NCBI GenBank assembly: GCA_046306055.1
Contig: JBKDXR010000024.1
Location: 7,073 to 71,072 of the forward strand
Reading direction: 5' to 3'
DNA: 64,000 nucleotides
Source: Flavobacteriales bacterium
GTDB taxonomy: Bacteria; Bacteroidota; Bacteroidia; Flavobacteriales_F; PHOS-HE28
Shown piece after piece: positions 29,049 to 37,781 of the stretch; within the stretch, counting starts at the first letter, position 1, and every line of letters begins with the position of its first letter. The translations under genes and the position numbers were made by a program. Below the pieces are notes generated by a model. It searched no databases. It worked only from the letters and a program-made list of their open reading frames with translations, and was not told where the DNA came from.

Positions 29049-30907
29049 CGGTGATCCAGCGTTGTGCAGTTCCTTGGCCGCTGGGCACAACGCTCGTGCT
29101 TTGGTGCATCATCGCGACCGCTTTGTTCCGGACACCGCCGGTCAACATCCTGAGCTGGGATACCTTCGGCTATTACCTCTACCTGCCGGCCACCTTCATC
29201 CACCACGACCCGGCCATTCACGACATCGGGTGGGTGCAAAAGGCCGTGGAGCAGTACAATAGCACCGCCACGCTGTATCAGGTGCAGCAACAACCGGAAG
29301 GGGCGTGGGTGTTGAAGTATCCCATGGGCATGGCGGTGCTGTGGCTGCCTTTTTTCCTGGCAGGCCATGTCGCGGCGCTGATCACAGGAGCACCCGCCGA
29401 TGGTTTTTCAGCACCCTATCAATGGGCCATCATTCTGGCCATGCTCTGCTATGCGTTGGTCGGACTGTTGTTGTTGCGAAGGGTGTTGCGGTCCTTCTTT
29501 TCAGAAGGCATTGTGGCCGCCATTCTGGCCCTGGTGGTCATGGGCACCAACTACGTTCACCAGTCCCTGTACTCCACCGGAATGCCGCATGTTTTCCTGT
29601 TCACGCTGTATGCAGCGGTGCTCTGGTACACCCTGCGATGGCATAAGGACCATCGGCTTGGCGATGCGCTCCGGCTTGCGGCAGTGATGGGTCTGCTCGC
29701 CCTCGCGCGTCCGTCGGAGGCGGTGTGCGTGTTCATTCCGCTTCTCTATGGTCTCGACCATCCGTCCATGTGGCGGCAACACTTGAAAGGGCTTTGGGCA
29801 TGGAAAGGGCAACTGGTCCTGGTGGTGATGGTGCTGCTCGTCGTGGGCGCCCCCCAATTGCTCTACTGGAAATGGCTCACGGGGAAGTTCCTGTACATGA
29901 GCTACAACAACCCCGGAGAAGGCTTCGAGTTCCTGCATCCGTACACGTGGGAAGTGCTTTTCAGTTTCCGCAAGGGGTGGTACATCTACACGCCGCTGAT
30001 GGCCGTGGCCACCATGGGGCTTTTCCTCCTGCGCCGGCACCTGCCTTCCTTGCGCTGGTCCATCGTGGTGTTCTTCGCGTTCAACCTGTACATCGTGTCC
30101 AGCTGGTCGTGTTGGTGGTATGCCGATAGTTTTGGTCAACGCGCCTTGGTGCAGAGCTATGCGGTGATGGCGCTTCCACTGGGTGCCGTGCTGCAATGGT
30201 TGCGTGAGCGCACGATGGCATGGAGGACCACGGGACTGATGCTGCTCCTGGGGCTCACGCTGTTCAATCTCTTCCAGATCTATCAAGGCACCTTGGGTCT
30301 TATCCATACTTCGCGCATGACCTGGCCGGCTTACAAAGCAGTATTCGCACGGCTGTCGAGACCGGAAGGCTTGGAGAAGCTCTGGTCCGTTGAGCGCTCG
30401 CTCACCATGGAGCATGGCACGCCCGATCTGCGGGGCTACAAAGCATGGCCACTGGTGGTGATGGGTTTTGATAGTGAACGGACCGAACTGGATGTTTCGG
30501 GCCGCACGGACTCGCTGGTCTTCGACGGCGGGTCCGCCTGGTTGTTGCAAAAGGGACGTGAGTTCACACCGGCCATCAGACTGCCGTGGTCGCAGATCTC
30601 GAACGCGGACCATGTCTGGCTGCACGTGTCGTGCCGTATCCATCGGCCTTCGGATGGCCGTTATCCGGCGGTATCCCTGGTGACCACCTTCGAGCACAAG
30701 GGACATAGCTACGCCTACCTGGCGCGTGACGCGGACACCTCCGGAACGCGTGCCGGGCAATGGATGGAAATGCACTATTGGTACCAAAGCCCCGAGGTTC
30801 GACGCCCGGACGACCTGTTGCTCGTGTATGGTTGGCTGCGCGATACCTTGCCGGCCGTGGTGGACCGGTTCGAGGTGACTGTTCATGAACCCACGGTGGA
30901 ACAATGA
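29045..30907 (+). CDS. polytopic membrane protein, ArnT/PMT-like (GT39-like) glycosyltransferase
   Basis: About 11 TM helices followed by a soluble domain of about 200 aa. ATGA overlaps with both neighbouring genes. Family call is from general resemblance only. Confidence 0.5.
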   Translation: MTVIQRCAVPWPLGTTLVLWCIIATALFRTPPVNILSWDTFGYYLYLPATFIHHDPAIHDIGWVQKAVEQYNSTATLYQVQQQPEGAWVLKYPMGMAVLWLPFFLAGHVAALITGAPADGFSAPYQWAIILAMLCYALVGLLLLRRVLRSFFSEGIVAAILALVVMGTNYVHQSLYSTGMPHVFLFTLYAAVLWYTLRWHKDHRLGDALRLAAVMGLLALARPSEAVCVFIPLLYGLDHPSMWRQHLKGLWAWKGQLVLVVMVLLVVGAPQLLYWKWLTGKFLYMSYNNPGEGFEFLHPYTWEVLFSFRKGWYIYTPLMAVATMGLFLLRRHLPSLRWSIVVFFAFNLYIVSSWSCWWYADSFGQRALVQSYAVMALPLGAVLQWLRERTMAWRTTGLMLLLGLTLFNLFQIYQGTLGLIHTSRMTWPAYKAVFARLSRPEGLEKLWSVERSLTMEHGTPDLRGYKAWPLVVMGFDSERTELDVSGRTDSLVFDGGSAWLLQKGREFTPAIRLPWSQISNADHVWLHVSCRIHRPSDGRYPAVSLVTTFEHKGHSYAYLARDADTSGTRAGQWMEMHYWYQSPEVRRPDDLLLVYGWLRDTLPAVVDRFEVTVHEPTVEQ

Positions 30908-31665
30908 CGAAACACCTTCGTATTCTGGGTGTGATACCCGCCCGCTTTGCCAGCAGCCGCCTGCCCGGGAAACCCTTGGTGGACATCGGTGGGCGCACCA
31001 TGGTGCAGCGTGTACTGGAGCAGTGCCTGTTGGCCAGAGGACTCTCCGAAGTGGTGGTGGCCACGGATGATGAGCGCATTGCCGATCATGTGCTGAGTGT
31101 TGGAGGGAAGGCCGTGATGACATCGCCGGACCACCCAAGTGGTACCGACCGATGCCATGAAGCACTGTTGTTGGCCGGTGCCGAACGCTTCGATGCCGTG
31201 GTGAACATCCAAGGCGACGAGCCCTTCATCGTTCCAGAACAGATCGATGAGCTCTGTGCAGCGCTCGCTGAGGCCCCGGGCGGTATTGCCACACTGGCAC
31301 AAGTGGTCACTGATGATCGTGACCTGGACGATGCCGGCGAGGTGCTCATCACCACCACAGTGGACATGGATGCGCTGTATTTCAGCCGGGCGGCCATTCC
31401 CTTCCTGCGCAACACGGCACCCGGCCCCCGAAGCGCCCAGTACCGCTATCTGAAGCATGTAGGCTTGTACGCCTACCGCTGCGAGGTACTGGCCAAGCTG
31501 GTCCGTTTGGTCCCTTCCTCTTTGGAAAAGGCCGAATCGTTGGAGCAGTTGCGCTGGTTGGAGAACGGTTTCCGCGTACGGATCGGCCTCACGGAGCATC
31601 CCTCTTTCTGCGTGGATACACCCGCCGATCTGGAAGAGGCGCGGCGCAGGGTGGCGGCGTTGTAA
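30904..31665 (+). CDS. kdsB: 3-deoxy-manno-octulosonate cytidylyltransferase
   Basis: N-terminus GVIPARFASSRLPGKPL and NIQGDEP motif. Confidence 0.9.
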   Translation: MTKHLRILGVIPARFASSRLPGKPLVDIGGRTMVQRVLEQCLLARGLSEVVVATDDERIADHVLSVGGKAVMTSPDHPSGTDRCHEALLLAGAERFDAVVNIQGDEPFIVPEQIDELCAALAEAPGGIATLAQVVTDDRDLDDAGEVLITTTVDMDALYFSRAAIPFLRNTAPGPRSAQYRYLKHVGLYAYRCEVLAKLVRLVPSSLEKAESLEQLRWLENGFRVRIGLTEHPSFCVDTPADLEEARRRVAAL

Positions 31666-31682
31666 TTTGGCCGCGGCGAAGA

Positions 31683-32729
31683 ATGGCGATCGAGAAGGAC
31701 ATCCGCGAACTGCTGTACGACCACGACCTGGTGATCGTGCCGGAATGGGGTGGTCTGCTCACGCATTACCGCCCCGCCCGGTTGGACGAGGCCCGGAACG
31801 TGGTACATCCGCCAGGCAAGGACCTGAGCTTCAACAGGAACCTGCTACGCAATGACGGCCTTCTGGCGGACCGTATTTCGAAACGGGAAGGCATCGGGTT
31901 CGACCAGGCCACCGGGCGTATCGCCGCCGACGTGAACGCCTGGCAACAGGGCCTTCAGCGCAATGGTCGGGTGGAATTGCCATTGATCGGGATTTTCTAT
32001 CGTGATGCGGAGCACAATCTCCAGTTCGACCCCGATCCCAGGGGCCAGTACCTGAAGGATGCCCATGGCCTCCGACCAGTGGCTGCCGTGCCTGTGCAGC
32101 GCACCGAGGGCACACCTGTGATCGCACTGCCCATTGCAGCGCCAGTGGAAGAAGCATCCACCGGGCGCCGTACCACGTGGGTGTGGGCGGCGGCGGCCGT
32201 GGCCGGCCTCCTGTTCACCGCGGCCGCTTTGTGGGCGTATCGCATGGGTGGTCCTGATGCAGCGCAATGGAGCGGTTTCGACCCGTTCGCCGACCGTCCT
32301 GAGCGCACTTATGTGGCCCTTGAGCAGGTCACACCTCCGGGTGTATCGCAGGTGGCGCATGTGGAACTTCCCAAGACCGGTATCGGCACCGTCATGGTCG
32401 AGCTGGTCCCGGAAGAGAACATCGTGTTACACGTGGACCTGGGCGCTGCGGCAGCACCAGAGAGCACGGCCGTTGCCGTTCCAAGTGCCGAGCCGGTGAA
32501 CGTTCGTGCGCGGTTCCACGTGATCGGTGGCTGTTTCGCGCAGCCCGAGAACGCCGATCGCCTGCTGAACGAGCTGGTAGCGAAAGGCTATCCCGCTGTG
32601 CGCCTGCCGAAGAACGGCGACCTTCATCCGGTGGCCTTCGGCAGTTATGTGGACCGTGCTTCTGCCCAAGCGGCGATGTCCGAGATACGTGCGGTCGGTG
32701 GTGGCAGCGCTTGGTTGCTGGTGCGCTGA
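31683..32729 (+). CDS. SPOR domain-containing protein with an N-terminal HU/CCDC81-like region
   Basis: C-terminal SPOR-like segment (FHVIGGCFAQPENADRLLNELVAKGY) and one TM helix mid-protein. A TAATTTG box overlaps the kdsB stop. Confidence 0.7.
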   Translation: MAIEKDIRELLYDHDLVIVPEWGGLLTHYRPARLDEARNVVHPPGKDLSFNRNLLRNDGLLADRISKREGIGFDQATGRIAADVNAWQQGLQRNGRVELPLIGIFYRDAEHNLQFDPDPRGQYLKDAHGLRPVAAVPVQRTEGTPVIALPIAAPVEEASTGRRTTWVWAAAAVAGLLFTAAALWAYRMGGPDAAQWSGFDPFADRPERTYVALEQVTPPGVSQVAHVELPKTGIGTVMVELVPEENIVLHVDLGAAAAPESTAVAVPSAEPVNVRARFHVIGGCFAQPENADRLLNELVAKGYPAVRLPKNGDLHPVAFGSYVDRASAQAAMSEIRAVGGGSAWLLVR

Positions 32730-32779
32730 TCCCCGTCCTTTCCCCCTCCCCTTGCCGTAACTTTGGACCAACCCACATC

Positions 32780-33184
32780 ATGGCGACCATTCAGACGGTG
32801 GAACTGGAGGCTTGTACCGTATCCTTTTTGGAGGGGGATATCGTGCATACCCATTTCCGTGAGCACCGCATCGTTACGCCAGAAGAGGTGCAGCTCATGT
32901 TCGATGCGATCGAGGCGGAGCGCACGGGTCGCAAGGTGTTGCTGATGGTGAGCGTGGGCGAAGGCACCACCATGAGCAACGAGGCCCGGGGGCATGCTTC
33001 ATCTCCGTTGTCCAACCGCCTCATCGCGGCGGACGCCATCGTGGTGCGCGATTTCGGCCACCAATTGGCCGCCAACGTGTTCGTGCGGCACCACAAACCG
33101 GGCCGCCCTATTCAGATGTTCCCCGACCAGGATAGTGCCCTGGCGTGGCTCGCTCAACAGCACCACCTCGTCGATCACGCATGA
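32780..33184 (+). CDS. hypothetical protein (STAS/SpoIIAA-like fold suspected)
   Basis: Internal ATG of ORF 32711..33184. 134 aa. Weak resemblance only. Confidence 0.45.
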   Translation: MATIQTVELEACTVSFLEGDIVHTHFREHRIVTPEEVQLMFDAIEAERTGRKVLLMVSVGEGTTMSNEARGHASSPLSNRLIAADAIVVRDFGHQLAANVFVRHHKPGRPIQMFPDQDSALAWLAQQHHLVDHA

Positions 33185-33834
33185 TACATTATCGATCCCT
33201 GGTCTTGGTCGGCGCCTTGGCTTGCGCCCTTGTGCTCACCACAGCTTCGGCACAGCTCGCTGAGGGTGCGGCGGCTCGCACCATCCGCACCACCAAGGCC
33301 GAGGTCACTGCGTTGGCCGTATCGCCCAAGGGTGATCATCTGCTGGTTGGACTGAACAAGGGCGCCGAGATCTACGATATCGCAACGGGCAGGAAGCTGC
33401 TCAGCCTGCCTTACAACGAGGATGGAGGCACCACCGTTTACTATGCCGCCTTCAACGAGAATGGCGAGTACGTTGTGCTCATCGGCCATTCAGGGAAGCG
33501 CGTGGTGTATGACGTGAAGACCGGCAAGCCAGAGCCTTCATTGATCCAGCACCGATGGGTGCCTGATCCACGCGCGGTAAAGGCCATGGGCCTCGACATG
33601 GGCAACTCCCTTGCTGATCGATTCTACCAACAGTCGCAGGCCACGTACGGTGAGTTTGCTGTTCGCACCGGACGCAATGGGACCATCGAGTTCGTGCGCG
33701 ACGACAAGGTGACGCGGAAGCTCGAATATCCCGAGAACAAGGACCAGCACCACCGCGCGCCGCTGTTGTTCTGGGAGGAGTGGTTCATCACCGGCACCGA
33801 TGACGGCCGCGTGTTGCTCTACAAATTGCTGTGA
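33181..33834 (+). CDS. hypothetical secreted protein, WD40/beta-propeller-like repeats
   Basis: ATGA overlap with the upstream gene and signal peptide MIHYRSLVLVGALACALVLTTASAQ. Confidence 0.5.
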   Translation: MIHYRSLVLVGALACALVLTTASAQLAEGAAARTIRTTKAEVTALAVSPKGDHLLVGLNKGAEIYDIATGRKLLSLPYNEDGGTTVYYAAFNENGEYVVLIGHSGKRVVYDVKTGKPEPSLIQHRWVPDPRAVKAMGLDMGNSLADRFYQQSQATYGEFAVRTGRNGTIEFVRDDKVTRKLEYPENKDQHHRAPLLFWEEWFITGTDDGRVLLYKLL

Positions 33835-34277
33835 CCGCGCAATACGTCAAAGGCCTCCCGCACATGCCGGTCCGAGCCGAGCAGGCCGCTGTAAGCTCCT
33901 TTCACGACCCCATCGCTGCCGATCACGTAAGTGATGCGTTCGGAGACCAGCCCAAGCACCCGTTGCACATCGTAGGCTTTATGCGCAGTGCCTGCCGTAT
34001 CGCTCAATAGCGTGAACGGGAGTCCCCAGCGCGTTGCGAAGGCCTTTTGGGCCTCACATGTGTCATGGCTTATCCCGACGACCGTGGCCTTCAAGGCGCG
34101 CAGGTCGGTGAGCGCATCCCTGAACGCACAGGCCTCCTTGGTGCATACAGCGGAATCCGCTTTCGGGTAGAAGAACAGCACGATCGGCCCTGTGCTCCAT
34201 GCACCGGCAAGTTCGAACGGTCGACCTTCCTGGTCGGGCAGCGTCAGTGGTGGTGCGTTCGTTCCAGGCTTGAGCAT
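33819..34277 (-). CDS. bcp: peroxiredoxin (Bcp-type thiol peroxidase)
   Basis: FYPKADSAVCTKEAC peroxidatic-Cys motif. ATG 34277 gives the typical size of about 152 aa. Confidence 0.85.
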   Translation of the reverse strand: MLKPGTNAPPLTLPDQEGRPFELAGAWSTGPIVLFFYPKADSAVCTKEACAFRDALTDLRALKATVVGISHDTCEAQKAFATRWGLPFTLLSDTAGTAHKAYDVQRVLGLVSERITYVIGSDGVVKGAYSGLLGSDRHVREAFDVLRGHSNL

Positions 34278-34377
34278 GTGCTGTGCGAAGGGCAGCAAAG
34301 GAACACGGATCTTCGGCGCAGGTTCATTCGTGGCTAAGAATGCGCGATCGGGCGGCCCTACTTTTACGGCGCTCCGC

Positions 34378-34908
34378 ATGGTGAGCAACAGCATGAACAA
34401 GACATCACGCCCCGTAAGCGACAGTTATGCGCAGACCACTCACGTGGTACTGCCCAACGATACCAACACGCTGGGCAATCTGTTCGGTGGCCGCTTGTTG
34501 CAGTGGCTGGACATCAGTTGTGCCATCAGCGCCCACCGGCACTGCAAACGCGTGGTGGTCACCGTGGCGGTGAACCATGTGGGCTTCGACAAACCGATCA
34601 AGCTGGGCGATTTTGTCACGATCCTCAGCCACGTGAGCCGTGCTTTCGGAAGCAGTATGGAGGTGTGGAGCGATGTGTACGTGGAGGACCAGGTGACCGG
34701 GGAGAAGATCAAGTGCAACAGTGCCATCTACACCTTCGTGGCCGTGGACCAGGCCGGACGTCCGGTAACGGTGCCTGAGGCGGTGCCAACGAACGAGGAG
34801 GAGCAGCAACGTTTCGATGGAGCACTGCGGAGAAGGCAGCTGCGGCTAATTCTCAGCGGCAAGATGAAGCCGGAGGAAGCGACCGAGCTCAAGGCCCTGT
34901 TCCAGTAA
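34378..34908 (+). CDS. acyl-CoA thioesterase (hotdog fold, YciA-like)
   Basis: VLPNDTNTLGNLFGGRLLQWLD motif, with a TACTTTTA box 11 nt upstream of ATG 34378. Confidence 0.8.
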   Translation: MVSNSMNKTSRPVSDSYAQTTHVVLPNDTNTLGNLFGGRLLQWLDISCAISAHRHCKRVVVTVAVNHVGFDKPIKLGDFVTILSHVSRAFGSSMEVWSDVYVEDQVTGEKIKCNSAIYTFVAVDQAGRPVTVPEAVPTNEEEQQRFDGALRRRQLRLILSGKMKPEEATELKALFQ

Positions 34909-35004
34909 CTTTTTACCTGGGCAGGGCGTCCCAAGACGCATGATCACCCGGGGATGCCGAGCCGTCCCGTGGATAATGTTCCCACCTGACCCACCCGTTC
35001 ACTG

Positions 35005-35589
35005 ATGAAACGCCCACTGCCCTTCCTGCTGGCCGCCCCTGCCTTTGCGCTCGTGGTGGCCTGTGATCAACCCTCCACTGCTCCTGCATCCGGGACTGTC
35101 GCCGTTGCAGAGCCGACCGAGGCCGAGCTGATCAAGCGCGGCGAATACCTGGTGCAGGTCATGGGCTGCCATGATTGCCACTCGCCGAAACTCATGGGTC
35201 CGCAGGGTCCTTACCCCGATCCGGACCGTTTGCTGAGCGGACATCCGGCCGGTACGCAGTTGCCGCCAGTGCCAAAGGACGCCGCCGGCTGGGCCCTGAT
35301 GTCCATGGACCTTACGGCCGCTGTCGGACCTTGGGGCACCAGCTTCGCTGCCAACTTGACCAGCGATGAGAGCGGTATCGGCAACTGGACCGAAGAGCAG
35401 TTCAAGCGTGCGTTGAAGCAGGGGCTTTACAAGGGGCTCGAAGGCTCGCGTCCGCTGCTTCCTCCCATGCCCTGGCAGAACTTCAAGGACATCAAGGACG
35501 AGGATGTGCGCGCCATGTTCACGTACCTGCAGAGCACCAAGCCCGTGGCGAACGTAGTGCCAGCGCCGGTGCCTCCAGCGGGCATGTGA
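35005..35589 (+). CDS. c-type cytochrome lipoprotein
   Basis: Lipobox LVVAC, heme motif GCHDCH and a distal PPMPW methionine region. Confidence 0.7.
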   Translation: MKRPLPFLLAAPAFALVVACDQPSTAPASGTVAVAEPTEAELIKRGEYLVQVMGCHDCHSPKLMGPQGPYPDPDRLLSGHPAGTQLPPVPKDAAGWALMSMDLTAAVGPWGTSFAANLTSDESGIGNWTEEQFKRALKQGLYKGLEGSRPLLPPMPWQNFKDIKDEDVRAMFTYLQSTKPVANVVPAPVPPAGM

Positions 35590-35595
35590 GGCCGG

Positions 35596-35958
35596 TCAGA
35601 GGCCTTCGTCCAAGCTGAACCCGTCGAAGAGGTCACCGGTCCGGGTGTCGTGCGCGCGAAGGCCCAAGTGGCGAAGGAGCGCTCCGATGCAGGCCGCGCT
35701 CTGCTCGCCGCCGTGCACATGCGCAACCATGAACCGTACCTTCTCACCTTCCTCCATGTGCAACTGGATGCTGATGTCGATGTCGTTCGCCTTGATGAAC
35801 AACCAGTCGCTGTCCATCAGGTCGGCGAAGGGAACGGCTTCGCGCACTTTGGCGATGATGGCTTCCCGTTCACCAATGGCTTGCGGACGGAAATCGTCAG
35901 GCACATCGGCGATGGTGGCAACGGCAGGCAGGTCCTGAATGTAGATGTCCCAGCTCAT
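35596..35958 (-). CDS. hypothetical acidic cytoplasmic protein (120 aa)
   Basis: ATGA overlap with the upstream GT9 gene. No family recognised. Confidence 0.55.
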   Translation of the reverse strand: MSWDIYIQDLPAVATIADVPDDFRPQAIGEREAIIAKVREAVPFADLMDSDWLFIKANDIDISIQLHMEEGEKVRFMVAHVHGGEQSAACIGALLRHLGLRAHDTRTGDLFDGFSLDEGL

Positions 35959-36932
35959 GGGCGCGCAAGTTGAGCGATCTTCTGAAGGCCCTGCTTTTCC
36001 ATGCAGTGGAAGTGGCCCTTGGGGCAGCCATCATGCCCGATCTTGCTGCATGGCCGGCAGGAGAGGCCTGATACTTCACTGTTGACCGCGCGTTCGGGAT
36101 GTTGCGGCAGGTAAGGTCCCATGCCGAACAGCGGCACCGTATTGCCCCAGATGGTCACCACCTTCCGGTTGAACGCTGCCGCGATGTGCATGGCCCCGCT
36201 GTCATGCGCGATCACGGCCCGCGCATCGCGGATCAGGGAAGCACTGGCGAGGATGTCGTATTTGCCCGTGGCATCGAACACGCGGCCGCCAATGGCCGAG
36301 GTGATCGTGCGCGCCACCGCCTTGTCCTCGGGCCCGCCGATGAGCACCACCGGTCCTTCGATCAAGCGCGTCAGTTCGATAAGGCGGTGCTGCGGGAGCC
36401 GCTTGGTGGCATGCGCTGCGCCAATGGCCAGAGCCGTGTAGCCTGACCGATGGAGCGCTGGCAGGTCGGTGCCGGGTACGCACCGATCCGCAGGGATGAA
36501 CAGCTCAAGGCCCTGTCGGTCGTTCTTCACGCCGAGGTGGTGCACGGTGGAGAGGTAGCGGTCCACGATGTGCACCCGGGGCATGCGGTCCACCTTCAGG
36601 TTCACCAGCAACCACTTCTCGATGTTCAGCTTGGGGAAGCTGGTGGCCGCTACCCCGAGCGAGCGTTTGATCCGTGCCGTGCGCAGGTTATGGTGCAGGT
36701 CGATCACCGCATCGAAACGTTCAGCTTTCAGCCGGGCGATCAGGTCACCCAGATCGTCGTTCAGCTCATGCACCTTGTCCACTTGCGGGTTGAAACGCAC
36801 CAGGTCCGCAAAGGTCCCTTTGGTGGCCATGTGTATTTCCGCACCGCGCACCTGCTGCTTCACGCACCGCAGCACCGGGCTGGTGAGCACGATGTCGCCG
36901 ATGGAGGAGAAGCGGAGGACCAGGAGTTTCAT
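35955..36932 (-). CDS. glycosyltransferase family 9 (heptosyltransferase-like)
   Basis: N-terminus MKLLVLRFSSIGDIVLTSPVLR and C-terminal DSGAMHIAAA motif. The ORF track start 36941 is TTG. Confidence 0.85.
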   Translation of the reverse strand: MKLLVLRFSSIGDIVLTSPVLRCVKQQVRGAEIHMATKGTFADLVRFNPQVDKVHELNDDLGDLIARLKAERFDAVIDLHHNLRTARIKRSLGVAATSFPKLNIEKWLLVNLKVDRMPRVHIVDRYLSTVHHLGVKNDRQGLELFIPADRCVPGTDLPALHRSGYTALAIGAAHATKRLPQHRLIELTRLIEGPVVLIGGPEDKAVARTITSAIGGRVFDATGKYDILASASLIRDARAVIAHDSGAMHIAAAFNRKVVTIWGNTVPLFGMGPYLPQHPERAVNSEVSGLSCRPCSKIGHDGCPKGHFHCMEKQGLQKIAQLARP

Positions 36933-37000
36933 GCGGGGCAAAGGTGGGCAAGATCCGGGCTGTGGTCATGAACGTTCCCGGGTTCGCGTATTCCCGCCGC

Positions 37001-37008
37001 TACCTTCG
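37001..37008 (+). promoter_or_regulatory. putative -7 promoter box (TACCTTCG) for tatD; implies a leaderless or near-leaderless mRNA
   Basis: ctaccttcgcggcc is immediately followed by ATG 37014 (5-nt gap). Confidence 0.4.
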
Positions 37009-37013
37009 CGGCC

Positions 37014-37781
37014 ATGTTCATCGACACCCACGCCCACCTCTACAGCAAGCAGTTCGATGGCGACCGCGAGGCCATGCTGCAACGCGCACTGGACGCGGGT
37101 GTCACCAAGCTCTTCCTGCCCAACATCGACCACGACAGCATTGCGGACATGCATGCGTTGGTGGACGCGCATCCCGGGGTGTGCATACCCATGATGGGGC
37201 TGCACCCCTGCCATGTGGGCGTTGATGTGGCCACTGCCCTGGCCGAGGTGGAACAGCTCTTGCGGAGCGGCTCGTATTGTGCCGTAGGCGAGATCGGTAT
37301 AGATCTGTACTGGGACAAGACCTTCCTTGCGGAACAGCAGGAAGCCTTCCGCCAACAAGTGCGCTGGGCCAAGGAGCTCGATCTCCCCATCGCCATCCAT
37401 TGCCGCCAGAGCTTTGCCGAAACGATCGCCATCGTGGAGGAGGAGAATGCCGCCGACCTGCGTGGCGTGTTCCATTGTTTCACGGGTACTCCAGAGGAAG
37501 CGCAACGGATCATCGCGCTGGGCGATTTCTTCCTGGGCATCGGAGGCGTGGTCACCTATCCCAAGGGAGGACTTTTCGAGACCATGCAAGTGGTGGGCCC
37601 TGAGCATTGCGTTTTGGAGACCGATGCGCCCTACCTCGCCCCGGTACCCTTCCGCGGCAAGCGCAACGAAAGCAGCCATATCCCGCATATCGCGGCCAGG
37701 CTTGCGGACGCCACCGGTCGCACGGTGGAAGAGATCGCTCGCATCACCACCACCAACGCTGAAACCCTTTTCCGCCGATGA
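37014..37781 (+). CDS. tatD: TatD-family metal-dependent hydrolase
   Basis: FIDTHAHL N-terminal motif and 255-aa TIM-barrel hydrolase layout. Confidence 0.9.
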   Translation: MFIDTHAHLYSKQFDGDREAMLQRALDAGVTKLFLPNIDHDSIADMHALVDAHPGVCIPMMGLHPCHVGVDVATALAEVEQLLRSGSYCAVGEIGIDLYWDKTFLAEQQEAFRQQVRWAKELDLPIAIHCRQSFAETIAIVEEENAADLRGVFHCFTGTPEEAQRIIALGDFFLGIGGVVTYPKGGLFETMQVVGPEHCVLETDAPYLAPVPFRGKRNESSHIPHIAARLADATGRTVEEIARITTTNAETLFRR

